IMG/VR virus record: IMGVR_UViG_3300025428_000005
Coordinates: 1 to 60,468 of that record
DNA length: 60,468 nucleotides
Source: a virus
Lineage: Duplodnaviria; Caudoviricetes
Strand: one strand, 5' to 3'
Below the pieces are notes generated by a model. The model made no database searches. It was not told the DNA's origin and saw only the letters and a list, made by a program, of their open reading frames with translations. Both the position numbers and the translations under genes were made by a program. Below are positions 1 to 9,317 of the stretch, one piece after another; position 1 is the first letter of the stretch, and every line of letters begins with the position of its first letter.

Positions 1-3000
1 ATCACTATCTATAGACTGTGGAGATATAGTAGTAACTGTATTACCTTTATTATCTACTACTGTAAATGCATGCTCTGTAGACTTATCTGAAGCTCTTAAA
101 TAAGCACTTCTACCGTGTAATAAGATATCATTTATTTCTTGTACATACTTATCACCTTGTGATAACTCTTTTGTAGGAAGTTCTAACTTATTAACATCTG
201 TACCAGAGATCATACCATCTTTAATATCTAACTTGATAGTATAACCTTCTTTCTTAGTAGTTAATTTACCTGACTCATCTTTGTTAAATATTGAAGATAA
301 CCAGTAACTATTCTCAGCTGTAACAGATTTTAAGTGTGGTAACTTAACGCACAACTCATCAAATGTCTTAGCTGTATTAATTGCAGATGTTATGATAGAT
401 AATCCGTTATGATAACCTATTGGATATACAGATTTCTTAGTAGCTGATAAGAAAGAAAGGTCTGTCACATCTTTTGTATGCCTTAAAGCTAAAGAGATAA
501 ACTTATTTATATCTGTTTTATTATCTGAGGTTTCACCATATAATGAAACTATGTCACCGCCATTTTGTAGGAGAGCTTGTTCTATACCACCTAATGCATT
601 AGAATACAATGAGTAGTCTTCTTTTAATTCATCTAAAGCTTCTGGAGATAAAGATATACCTATTTTATCTAATAACTCAGCTGTATTAAGGCTATGGTTT
701 GCTATAGCATCTAAAGTACTTTGGTCTAGTTTAAATTTACCATTTTCATCTAACGTAGATAAATATTTAGCTTGAGCTTTCCAATTATCTTTAATTATAT
801 TAGCCGCTGTTTGCTGTGTAAGATTGATTGAGTAGATCTTACCTGGCTTTTCTATACGAGTTGCATAAGAGCTAAACTTATTCTTAGCAAAATCTTGTCT
901 AAATTGAAGTATTTGTTGTAATTGTTGGTAAGAAGCATTCTTAATTGTACCTAATTTATCTGCTAATTGTTGATATACAGGACGTTCTTTAGCTATATTA
1001 GCTAGACCTTCAAGTATTTGTTCAGGTGTAGTTAATCCTGCTAAGTTGTTAAGTAGGTAATTATATGTCTGTTTGAAGTTAACTATATAAGGTAATCCTA
1101 AAGAGTTAAGTTTTAAAGTGCCATCTTCATTCATATCTAGCATAGATTGAATAAGTAGTTTAGTACTTAAACTTGTAGTGCTAAATGCACTCACTTCATT
1201 AGCTTCTATACCATAGTTTAAAGCTTCATCTCTAGTAACATTATCTTCTGCTTCTAAGTCTAATTCTTCTGTAGAAGCTTCTGCCTTTTCTTCTTTAGTA
1301 TATTCATCTTTAATAGTTTTACTAAAGTCAAGCATGTTAACTTTCTTCAACCATTCTTTAGTAACTAAATCCCAGTTGTCTAATACGTACTTAAATGTAC
1401 CTACTTTATCTGCCCAATCTGCATCTGTAGGATCTTGCTGATATAACTCAAACCATTTGTCGTACTGTTTCTGGATTCTTTTCTTAAGGTTGTTTATTAA
1501 AGCGCTTTGTTTAGTAGGAATATCCTCAATAGATAAGTCATTTTGGAATAAAGTATGTAAAAAAGCACCTGTCATGTAGTCTAACAAGTCTTTAGTCTTT
1601 CTAACAGATAGTCTACCTATACGATCTAAGGTTTTAAACTCTGTTTGACTTTGTACTCTTGCAGATTTATAATAACCTTTATCTAAACGTTTGTATAAAT
1701 CTTCAATAGTTCTTGGTGGTAAGTTTAATATTTGTCTAATCTTTTCTATTATATCATATAATTTCTTAAATAATATACTACGATTAGGAGCTCCTGGAAT
1801 AGGTTTTCTATCTAATTTATATTGAGCAAATTCTTCAGCTAAGAATTCTTCAGCATCTTTACTTGTAATTAAGGTTTTATTTAACTTCTTAGCTTCTGCA
1901 TATAATCTATTACGTTCTTCAGGTTTTAAGTACATCTGAGTTACAGCATGGAATGCTTCATGGTACAAAGTACCTCTAGCTGCTATATCAGATAATAGTA
2001 TCTTACCAGAAGCTAAAAATCTACCAAATGACTGACTGTCAATTAAGCCTTTTACGAGCTCTACAGGTATATCTGAAGGCATATTAGCTTCAAACCAATC
2101 GCGCTCTTCCTGAGTGATTAGAGACGCATCTACAACGTCTTTAGCTCGCCTATTTAAATCTTCATCATCTTCTAATGCTGCATCTTCAAGACTTGCTTTA
2201 AATGCACTAGCTAAAAGTTTAGCTTTTTCTTCAGGGCTTAAAGGGGCTTTAGGTTTAGCTTCTACTTTAGGAGCTTCATCAGCCATACTATCACTACTTA
2301 ACTCAGGGGCTATAGCTATAGTAGCTGGTGTATTACCTTCTTTAACCTCTTTTATTACTTCTTTTTTAGTAGGTTCAGTTGGTTTAACCTCTTCTTTTAC
2401 AGAAGGTTTTTCAACTACTTTACCAAAGTTTCTAACATAAGATAAAATAACCTCTTTACTAGCTATAGGAAATGCATCAAATTCTGCAAAATCCTCAAAC
2501 ATAGTAGATATACTATCTAAAGTAGCTTGTTTTCTACTAGGATTTTTTACTAAGGCTTTAAGTTTATCTTTTAGTACAGCAAATGCTTGTTTAACATCTG
2601 AGGGTTTAGTGCCAAATTGTTTAGCATCTGCACTAATAGTCTTTGGGTCAAAGTTATCTATTACAGATTCTACTTCAGCAGGTAGTGCTGATGGAGTTGT
2701 ATCTTTTGTAGACTCTGCTACTTCAGGATTATAAGCTAACGCGCTTTTTCTATAAGAATCAAAACTTCCAGTATTTTCTGTAGGTTGTAAGAATTGTTCT
2801 ATATCTAAATTAAAATTCTTTAAATTAGACGCTTTAATGAGGTTTTGTACTTGTGAGTGTGTTTGTATTACTACAGCTCCTGGAGCTTGTATAGCTATTT
2901 TAAATGATTTTATAATACGATTTTTAAAGGTATTAAAAGATTCACCTGTTTCACCTATTCTTTCATCCCATCTTGAAGGGTCGCGTACTACTTCTTCTTG

Positions 3001-6000
3001 TAATTTTTTAAGAGCTTTACTATCTGTACCTTCTAACTTACCTATATCCCATGTAGAGAAGTCTGCTTTTTTAGTAGTACTTTCTACATCTAAATTAGGA
3101 AATATAATCTTTAATGTATCTTTAGCTCTACTAAGATATGAACAAAATACACTCGCCGGAGTAGTTAATACTTTAGCGAATTGCTTATGTAATTTCTCAG
3201 CATCTTTTCTACCTTCTTCATTGATGGTAGGTGTCAAATTTGTAGTACCTCTAGCTAATCCTTGGTTGTTAAAATCTACGTCACCATGTCTTATTACATG
3301 CACACCATCTTCAGCTAAAGCTTCAACTTCAGAAACATCTTCAACTAAAGCTGTTTTACTATTACTTGCACTTTTAGCTAAAGCTTGTTTAGCGCTAAAT
3401 GTCTCTGTATCTAATTTTTCATAAGGTGGTTCTGGGGCAAAATGTAAGTATTGTTGTACTACAGAAGGCTCTCCTGCATCATTAGGCATTACTTTAGTAG
3501 TGAATAAAGGACTTTCACCTGCTACTAAGAATTCAGTATATGTAGTAGATTTACCCGTAATAGGGTTTACAAAAGCTTGAGAGTTCATGTGCTTACTTTT
3601 AGCACTAACTAATTTATTCTCTTGTAACCATTGGCTTATACGAGACTCTAACTCTTCTCTACTTTCTTCTGTAACATCACTCTTATGAATAACATTACCT
3701 ACATCAGTACCTAGTACTATAGAATCTTCTAAGTAAGATATAGTATGTGCTTTATACCCTTTCTTATTAGTACCAAGCATTATAAACTTCTCTATATCTT
3801 CTTTATCTGCTTCTGTAAGACCATTTGGTGACTGCAATGCACTCACTAAACGTTTAGCTATAAATGCAGCTTCAGCAGAATTAACAAAACGTGCTTGTAA
3901 AGGCATTACTTTTTCATTCTTTATAACTGCATATAGCGTACCTACTTTACCAAATACATCATCTGTAATACGCGCTAAGCCATTAACACCTGTAGCAGGT
4001 AGTACTAAGTTAAACCTATTAGGATAGAATAATTGATTAAAGCTCTTAACTAAACTACCTATAACACTAAACCTAGGTATTTTACCTTCTACCGCTTCTC
4101 CATCATTTGGTATACCTGCAGAACGTTTAACTATAGGTAGGTAGTATTTACCTTTCTCTGCAGTACACGCTCTTTTAAACTTAACATAAGCCTCTTTTCT
4201 AGGAAGTCTTTTTGAATCGCTCATTACGATACTTCCATTTATGCTACCTACATTCTCAACAGAAGGTATTGTAGACCAAACTATTTTACCATCTGCAGCA
4301 CCTTTAATAGGTGTACCTTCTTTATCAGTTATAACTAGCCAAATACCTTTAACATCAGGCTTCTCTTTATCTGCCTTTTGTTTAGCTGCTAACTCTTCAG
4401 GAGTATAATCAGCTAGTATTTCAGCCATTAATTTTTTAACTAATGTATCTTCAGAACTCTCATGTACAACAAGTAGTTTATTATTCTCTGTAGGCGAAGA
4501 TAAACTTTCTACAGTTCTGAAGAATCTATTTCTAGATACTGATTGACCATCATCTAATCCAGATGCAGTAGTGAACTCATTTCTTTTTCTACGAGTAGAT
4601 AGTATAGTTGAAGGTTTTTCTGGGTCATATTCTCCAGTGAATAATTCTTCATCAGAATCTATTAATTCTAAGCTATGATTCTTATATAAGTCCGCAGGAT
4701 TATCATTTGTGCTATCTGATACTTCTATTTTAGGAGCTTTAGTAGATTCCTCTTTAGATTTTTCAGCTTTTTTGGTAGCTTCTTTTACTATAGTTTTTTT
4801 CTGCTTTTCTAATTCTTTTAACGCTTCTGCATGCTTATCCTCTATCTGTTTTAATTCTTCAGCTTTTGCCTCAGGATTTAACGTAGTGTCTTTAGAATAT
4901 TTATCCTCTATAGTTTGCGCATCTTTAGCTTTTTGTTCTTCTAAAGATTTTTGTTTATCCTCTATATCTTTTAACTTAGTATAAGTAGGGGTTAGTTCTT
5001 TAACCCTCTTAGTTACTTGCTTTACCGCAGAAATAATATTTTCAGGGTTTAGTACTTTAGTATAAGAATCTTTTACTAGTTTTAACTCTTCTTGAGAAGA
5101 TTCGTATAACTTCTTTAATTTATCTATAGTATCTTTATCTGCAGGTAACTCTGAACTTTCTGCTTCACTTAAAGCTTTAGATAATTTCTCAGATTGGGTT
5201 TGCCAAAAAGTCATTTTAGAACCTAATCCAAATAACACAGCTTTAGTTTGTGCTATAGAATTACCTACTTGAGCTTTCTCTTCGTCTGATAATTTATCAG
5301 TATTTACTTTTATATTAGCGTTCTGAATTCTAGTATTAATACGCTCTAATCTTTTTACAGTTTCTAGCATATTATTTAAATGCTGTTCTACTGTAATCTT
5401 TTTTCCTGTAGTTTTATCTAAAACTTCTTTCTCTGTACCTTCTGTACTAAGTAATTGCTCATGTTGAGCTTTAATCATATCAGTTAAAGCTTTAGCTCCT
5501 CCTGGTTTATTTAACCATTCATAAGCTAAAGATTCTATAGTATTATGGTTAGATAGGTCAACTAACATTTGCCCAGAAGGGCCTTCTAAAGTTTGCCCTG
5601 CTTCATTAAGCATTTGATTTAACTTAACTTGGCTTTCTTTTGATGCACTAATCGCGGCTTTTACACCATCTATTCTAGGTTTTACACCATCTACTTTTGT
5701 AGATCCATCAGGATTTTTAGCTAAGAACCCATCAGTTAAACCTTGTAATAAATGTAAATGACTATCGTATAAACTATGTAAGTCTTGTATTTGCTCTCTA
5801 GTAGTTTTTTCACCGTTAGCTAATCTATATTGATGCATAGCTACACCAGCTAAAGAGGTTATAACACCTTGTACAGTACCTAATACTGTATTAGCCCCCA
5901 TGTTTTTATCATCACTAGACCACCAATCTTTAGTAATAGATTGTATTGTAGAAGGTAGGTTTTCTTCATCACTTTTACCTTCATAAAGTTTTTCAAAGTA

Positions 6001-7110
6001 ATTACCTATAGCTACTTGATATCTTTCATTCTGACCATGTTCTAACCCTGTTAAAGCTGCTTTACCTATAGTAGTACCTACTTTGCTAAGTAGAGAAGCT
6101 TCTTCTGGTAATGCTTTTTTACCTACTTTACCCGCAGTTGTTTCAAAGGCATCTTCTAATAGTTTAGAGGTGCCTTTAAATGACCTATACAGCTGTGGAA
6201 ACTCTACAACCATATTAAGCAAAGTAAGTGGTATATTCGCTTTAAACGTAGCCACAGCAGCTTCTGCAGACTTTGTCTCTATTTCTTCATCAGATAAACC
6301 ATTCTCTGACTGATGCTCTTTTAAATAGTTTTTTACAGCTACTTGAGATTCTCTACCAGATAACGCTGGTTGTGTAATTACACCTTGAGCGATCATCTCA
6401 CCTCTTGTAAGATTCTTAGCCCAACTTATTGCAGCTTTATCGACAGCTGCATCTAAAGTACCCATTTTACCTGCAGCAGCCATAACTTTCATACCGTCAG
6501 CTAAAGATGTAGCACCTCTAGCTTCTAAAACTTTAGCTAAACCACCTGCTAAACTAATACCTCTTTCAGCCAACATACCTGGAGCTAAAGTAGCTACAGT
6601 TAAAGCAAGCCTATCTATACCATCATCTAACCACCAACCAGTATGCGCTAGTTTACCAAACATACTAGCTTCATCATAACCTCTACTCTTATATATAGGA
6701 AATTCTTTAGATACATAATCTTTTAATTCATCTGAAGCTTTAACTGCCCAGTTATCAGTCATACCTGATATACCTTCAAAAGGTACAGTTAAAGCGCCAC
6801 CTAAAAAGCCTGCAGTTTGTCCTAGATATGCAGCAGTTTTACCTATTAGGTTAGCTCCTGCATTACCTAATTGGTCTAGTGCAGATTGTCTATCCTCTCT
6901 TAAGTAATCATTATTTATATCATTCTTTAATTGGAAATGGTAGTCATTTGGATTTACACTAGAAGTAGTACCTTTACCAAAGGCTCCTGCAGCATCACCT
7001 TGTACCTCTTCTTGTGTAGGTAAACTAAGCTTAATTCCAGTAGATGGTGTTGTATTTTTAGGGGTATTACTAGTTGAATCTTCTTGAGAAGGTAGGGTAA
7101 TTTTAGGCAT
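1..7110 (-). CDS. Giant virion ejection/cargo polyprotein (>2370 aa, runs off the left edge) with histidine-phosphatase and zincin domains; likely the virion RNA polymerase or a polymerase-associated protein
   Basis: ATG at 7108-7110 (MPKITLPSQEDS...). The frame was open wherever I translated it, down to position 1. RHG at 3283-3291, HEAFH at 1948-1962 with downstream EEFLAEEF. Its position after the cargo genes matches Crassvirales RNAP loci. No DxDxD catalytic motif was seen inside the window. Confidence 0.85.
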   Translation of the reverse strand, partial: MPKITLPSQEDSTSNTPKNTTPSTGIKLSLPTQEEVQGDAAGAFGKGTTSSVNPNDYHFQLKNDINNDYLREDRQSALDQLGNAGANLIGKTAAYLGQTAGFLGGALTVPFEGISGMTDNWAVKASDELKDYVSKEFPIYKSRGYDEASMFGKLAHTGWWLDDGIDRLALTVATLAPGMLAERGISLAGGLAKVLEARGATSLADGMKVMAAAGKMGTLDAAVDKAAISWAKNLTRGEMIAQGVITQPALSGRESQVAVKNYLKEHQSENGLSDEEIETKSAEAAVATFKANIPLTLLNMVVEFPQLYRSFKGTSKLLEDAFETTAGKVGKKALPEEASLLSKVGTTIGKAALTGLEHGQNERYQVAIGNYFEKLYEGKSDEENLPSTIQSITKDWWSSDDKNMGANTVLGTVQGVITSLAGVAMHQYRLANGEKTTREQIQDLHSLYDSHLHLLQGLTDGFLAKNPDGSTKVDGVKPRIDGVKAAISASKESQVKLNQMLNEAGQTLEGPSGQMLVDLSNHNTIESLAYEWLNKPGGAKALTDMIKAQHEQLLSTEGTEKEVLDKTTGKKITVEQHLNNMLETVKRLERINTRIQNANIKVNTDKLSDEEKAQVGNSIAQTKAVLFGLGSKMTFWQTQSEKLSKALSEAESSELPADKDTIDKLKKLYESSQEELKLVKDSYTKVLNPENIISAVKQVTKRVKELTPTYTKLKDIEDKQKSLEEQKAKDAQTIEDKYSKDTTLNPEAKAEELKQIEDKHAEALKELEKQKKTIVKEATKKAEKSKEESTKAPKIEVSDSTNDNPADLYKNHSLELIDSDEELFTGEYDPEKPSTILSTRRKRNEFTTASGLDDGQSVSRNRFFRTVESLSSPTENNKLLVVHESSEDTLVKKLMAEILADYTPEELAAKQKADKEKPDVKGIWLVITDKEGTPIKGAADGKIVWSTIPSVENVGSINGSIVMSDSKRLPRKEAYVKFKRACTAEKGKYYLPIVKRSAGIPNDGEAVEGKIPRFSVIGSLVKSFNQLFYPNRFNLVLPATGVNGLARITDDVFGKVGTLYAVIKNEKVMPLQARFVNSAEAAFIAKRLVSALQSPNGLTEADKEDIEKFIMLGTNKKGYKAHTISYLEDSIVLGTDVGNVIHKSDVTEESREELESRISQWLQENKLVSAKSKHMNSQAFVNPITGKSTTYTEFLVAGESPLFTTKVMPNDAGEPSVVQQYLHFAPEPPYEKLDTETFSAKQALAKSASNSKTALVEDVSEVEALAEDGVHVIRHGDVDFNNQGLARGTTNLTPTINEEGRKDAEKLHKQFAKVLTTPASVFCSYLSRAKDTLKIIFPNLDVESTTKKADFSTWDIGKLEGTDSKALKKLQEEVVRDPSRWDERIGETGESFNTFKNRIIKSFKIAIQAPGAVVIQTHSQVQNLIKASNLKNFNLDIEQFLQPTENTGSFDSYRKSALAYNPEVAESTKDTTPSALPAEVESVIDNFDPKTISADAKQFGTKPSDVKQAFAVLKDKLKALVKNPSRKQATLDSISTMFEDFAEFDAFPIASKEVILSYVRNFGKVVEKPSVKEEVKPTEPTKKEVIKEVKEGNTPATIAIAPELSSDSMADEAPKVEAKPKAPLSPEEKAKLLASAFKASLEDAALEDDEDLNRRAKDVVDASLITQEERDWFEANMPSDIPVELVKGLIDSQSFGRFLASGKILLSDIAARGTLYHEAFHAVTQMYLKPEERNRLYAEAKKLNKTLITSKDAEEFLAEEFAQYKLDRKPIPGAPNRSILFKKLYDIIEKIRQILNLPPRTIEDLYKRLDKGYYKSARVQSQTEFKTLDRIGRLSVRKTKDLLDYMTGAFLHTLFQNDLSIEDIPTKQSALINNLKKRIQKQYDKWFELYQQDPTDADWADKVGTFKYVLDNWDLVTKEWLKKVNMLDFSKTIKDEYTKEEKAEASTEELDLEAEDNVTRDEALNYGIEANEVSAFSTTSLSTKLLIQSMLDMNEDGTLKLNSLGLPYIVNFKQTYNYLLNNLAGLTTPEQILEGLANIAKERPVYQQLADKLGTIKNASYQQLQQILQFRQDFAKNKFSSYATRIEKPGKIYSINLTQQTAANIIKDNWKAQAKYLSTLDENGKFKLDQSTLDAIANHSLNTAELLDKIGISLSPEALDELKEDYSLYSNALGGIEQALLQNGGDIVSLYGETSDNKTDINKFISLALRHTKDVTDLSFLSATKKSVYPIGYHNGLSIITSAINTAKTFDELCVKLPHLKSVTAENSYWLSSIFNKDESGKLTTKKEGYTIKLDIKDGMISGTDVNKLELPTKELSQGDKYVQEINDILLHGRSAYLRASDKSTEHAFTVVDNKGNTVTTISPQSIDSD

Positions 7111-7120
7111 AAATTAAATA

Positions 7121-9316
7121 TTATTTATGTGTATTCAACTTAGACATAGCTGCGATAGCATCTGCTCTAGTGTTGTAGTAGTTAGTAGCTCCATTTAAAG
7201 TTAATGCATATCTATCAGAGTTACCTGGAGCATTCGCTACATTACTTTCTGGAATTCTGGTAATAGTTAATGGATTTTGCCCATCTGGTGTTAATTGAAG
7301 TACACTTGTACCGTTAGGATTAGCTTCTGCTTTAGAGATTTCTTTATTAGCTAAATATTGTTGTACAGGTACTTCACCGTGTAGTAATAGATAAGATTCT
7401 ACTCCTTCAGGAGCTTTAACACTTATATAATCACCTAATGAAGCTTTTTCACCTTTAGATTTCTCTCCTTCAGCGCGTAGTATAATTCTCAACTCACCAT
7501 TAACATAAGAGTATCCTAAGTTTTCAGGTGATACAGCTTTTATTTTACTATAATCTTCATCTGATTCTAATGGTTTACCTGTAGCTAAATAATTAGCTCC
7601 TAATGCCCCATTTGTATTTAAATGTGTAGACATTATATCTGCAAGACCTTTAGCTACATTTTTATCTTCAAAAGTAGTGACACCTAAAGTTTGTGTTTTA
7701 GTTTTAGCGTTTTCTTCTAACGCACCCATGTACTTTTTATAGTTCGGGTCTTTACCTTTTAAATAAAGAGCTTTTTGTTCCTTTAGCTTTTTATAATCAG
7801 CCTCTATAACTTGTATTTCACTTTCTTGATTATATGGTGAAAGGCCAAGAGTCATATTTTTGTGCATATCTTTAACATTGGCTAAGGCATATTTATACGC
7901 ATCATCTAAAGACGCTTGTTTACCAGAATTAATTAATATGTCTTGTGCAAATTTTAGGTATTCACTAGCTCCGATATAGTTTATTACAACGTTGTCTGCT
8001 TCTTTAACTAAGGCTTGTGGAATTTGGTAGCCTTCTAACCCTGCAGCACGTTTTATCTTATCATCATAAGCTTGGGTATCTTTAGCTACTTTATTATTCT
8101 GATGTATCTCCATTAAGTATTGAGATAATGCATCAGCTTGAGCGCCTGTAGCATAAAATTGAGATAACTTGTAATCAGTTAACCCATCTGACATAGCTTT
8201 AAGCATCAATAATTGACCATCAGTAAATAGTTTTTTACCTTGAGGATCTTTAAACTCTAATGCTTTTTGATATACACTTTGATTTGCTTCTTTAGAAGCT
8301 TGTACTTTATTTGCTATATCTGTAGGAGTTTTAAACTCACTACCTGCTACAGCGGCTTGTACTGGTACTGTGAAAGGTATTTGTAAAGCATCTGCCTTAT
8401 GTTTAGCCATTAACTTAGCTTCTTCAGACTCTTGTAGATCAGTTATTTCATGGTCTACATTTTTGTAAGCCATAGCATTGGCTACATTATGTACTGTATT
8501 ATGGAGTAAGTTTTGTATATACTCATTTCTAACTAGATCTTTAGGTTTTCTTTGTATTGCAAATCCATTAGCATCTACACCCATTTCTTGGTAACCTCTA
8601 GTAGCTAAATCTGCATCTTGTTTAACGTAAGACATAGCTGCGGGATCAGATAATACATATTGTAAACCCATCTCTCTAAGTCTATCTTCTGTTAAGGTTT
8701 CTGTACCATCTTTAGACACATAGATATAATCACCACTAGGAGTAATTTTAGACTGAAGATTTTTCTCAGCTTTAATTTTCTCCATACCTTTAGCAGCTAA
8801 TTCTGCTAAGTTAACATCTTTAGCCGCTGCTATACCATTAAACCCACCTTTATCTGCACCTTGGTAATCTTCTAAACTAGCTGCAAATAACTTATCTCTT
8901 TTTTCTGAGGATATAACTTGCTTATCATATAGAGAATCTAGCTCTTTCTTATAAGACATAGCCGCATCATAGTTACCTTGCAATTTACCTATAGTACCAT
9001 TTTGCCCAAAGCTATCTAATATTTCTTGTTTAGTTTTATGAAATTGTCTTCTTACATTAGGGTCTGTCAAATCTACATTAGGATCTCCAAAGGCTTCTAA
9101 TTTTTTATGATAATCAGCTTTAGCTTGTTCAGCTAATTCTTTATCTTTAGATAAGCTATTAAATTGTTTACCCATTAACTCATTATACGAAGCTTCTTCA
9201 TTATCATGAAGTTGTTGTTTAACAGCTCCTGCATGAGCAATCATATTAAGATCTAATGGTACAAATTGATCTACGTATTGTTGAGATCCTGGTCTTGTAA
9301 AACTATTAACTGCCAT
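7121..9316 (-). CDS. Putative ejection/cargo protein
   Basis: 731 aa, largely helical; N-terminal YVDQFVPLDL resembles crAss-like cargo proteins; lies between two other cargo genes. Confidence 0.6.
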   Translation of the reverse strand: MAVNSFTRPGSQQYVDQFVPLDLNMIAHAGAVKQQLHDNEEASYNELMGKQFNSLSKDKELAEQAKADYHKKLEAFGDPNVDLTDPNVRRQFHKTKQEILDSFGQNGTIGKLQGNYDAAMSYKKELDSLYDKQVISSEKRDKLFAASLEDYQGADKGGFNGIAAAKDVNLAELAAKGMEKIKAEKNLQSKITPSGDYIYVSKDGTETLTEDRLREMGLQYVLSDPAAMSYVKQDADLATRGYQEMGVDANGFAIQRKPKDLVRNEYIQNLLHNTVHNVANAMAYKNVDHEITDLQESEEAKLMAKHKADALQIPFTVPVQAAVAGSEFKTPTDIANKVQASKEANQSVYQKALEFKDPQGKKLFTDGQLLMLKAMSDGLTDYKLSQFYATGAQADALSQYLMEIHQNNKVAKDTQAYDDKIKRAAGLEGYQIPQALVKEADNVVINYIGASEYLKFAQDILINSGKQASLDDAYKYALANVKDMHKNMTLGLSPYNQESEIQVIEADYKKLKEQKALYLKGKDPNYKKYMGALEENAKTKTQTLGVTTFEDKNVAKGLADIMSTHLNTNGALGANYLATGKPLESDEDYSKIKAVSPENLGYSYVNGELRIILRAEGEKSKGEKASLGDYISVKAPEGVESYLLLHGEVPVQQYLANKEISKAEANPNGTSVLQLTPDGQNPLTITRIPESNVANAPGNSDRYALTLNGATNYYNTRADAIAAMSKLNTHK

Positions 9317-9317
9317 A

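Noticed and set aside
2114-6313. Plus-strand track ORFs at 2114, 2837, 4709 and 6083
   Set aside because: Antisense shadows (Ser/Leu/Phe-rich) of the giant minus-strand ORF
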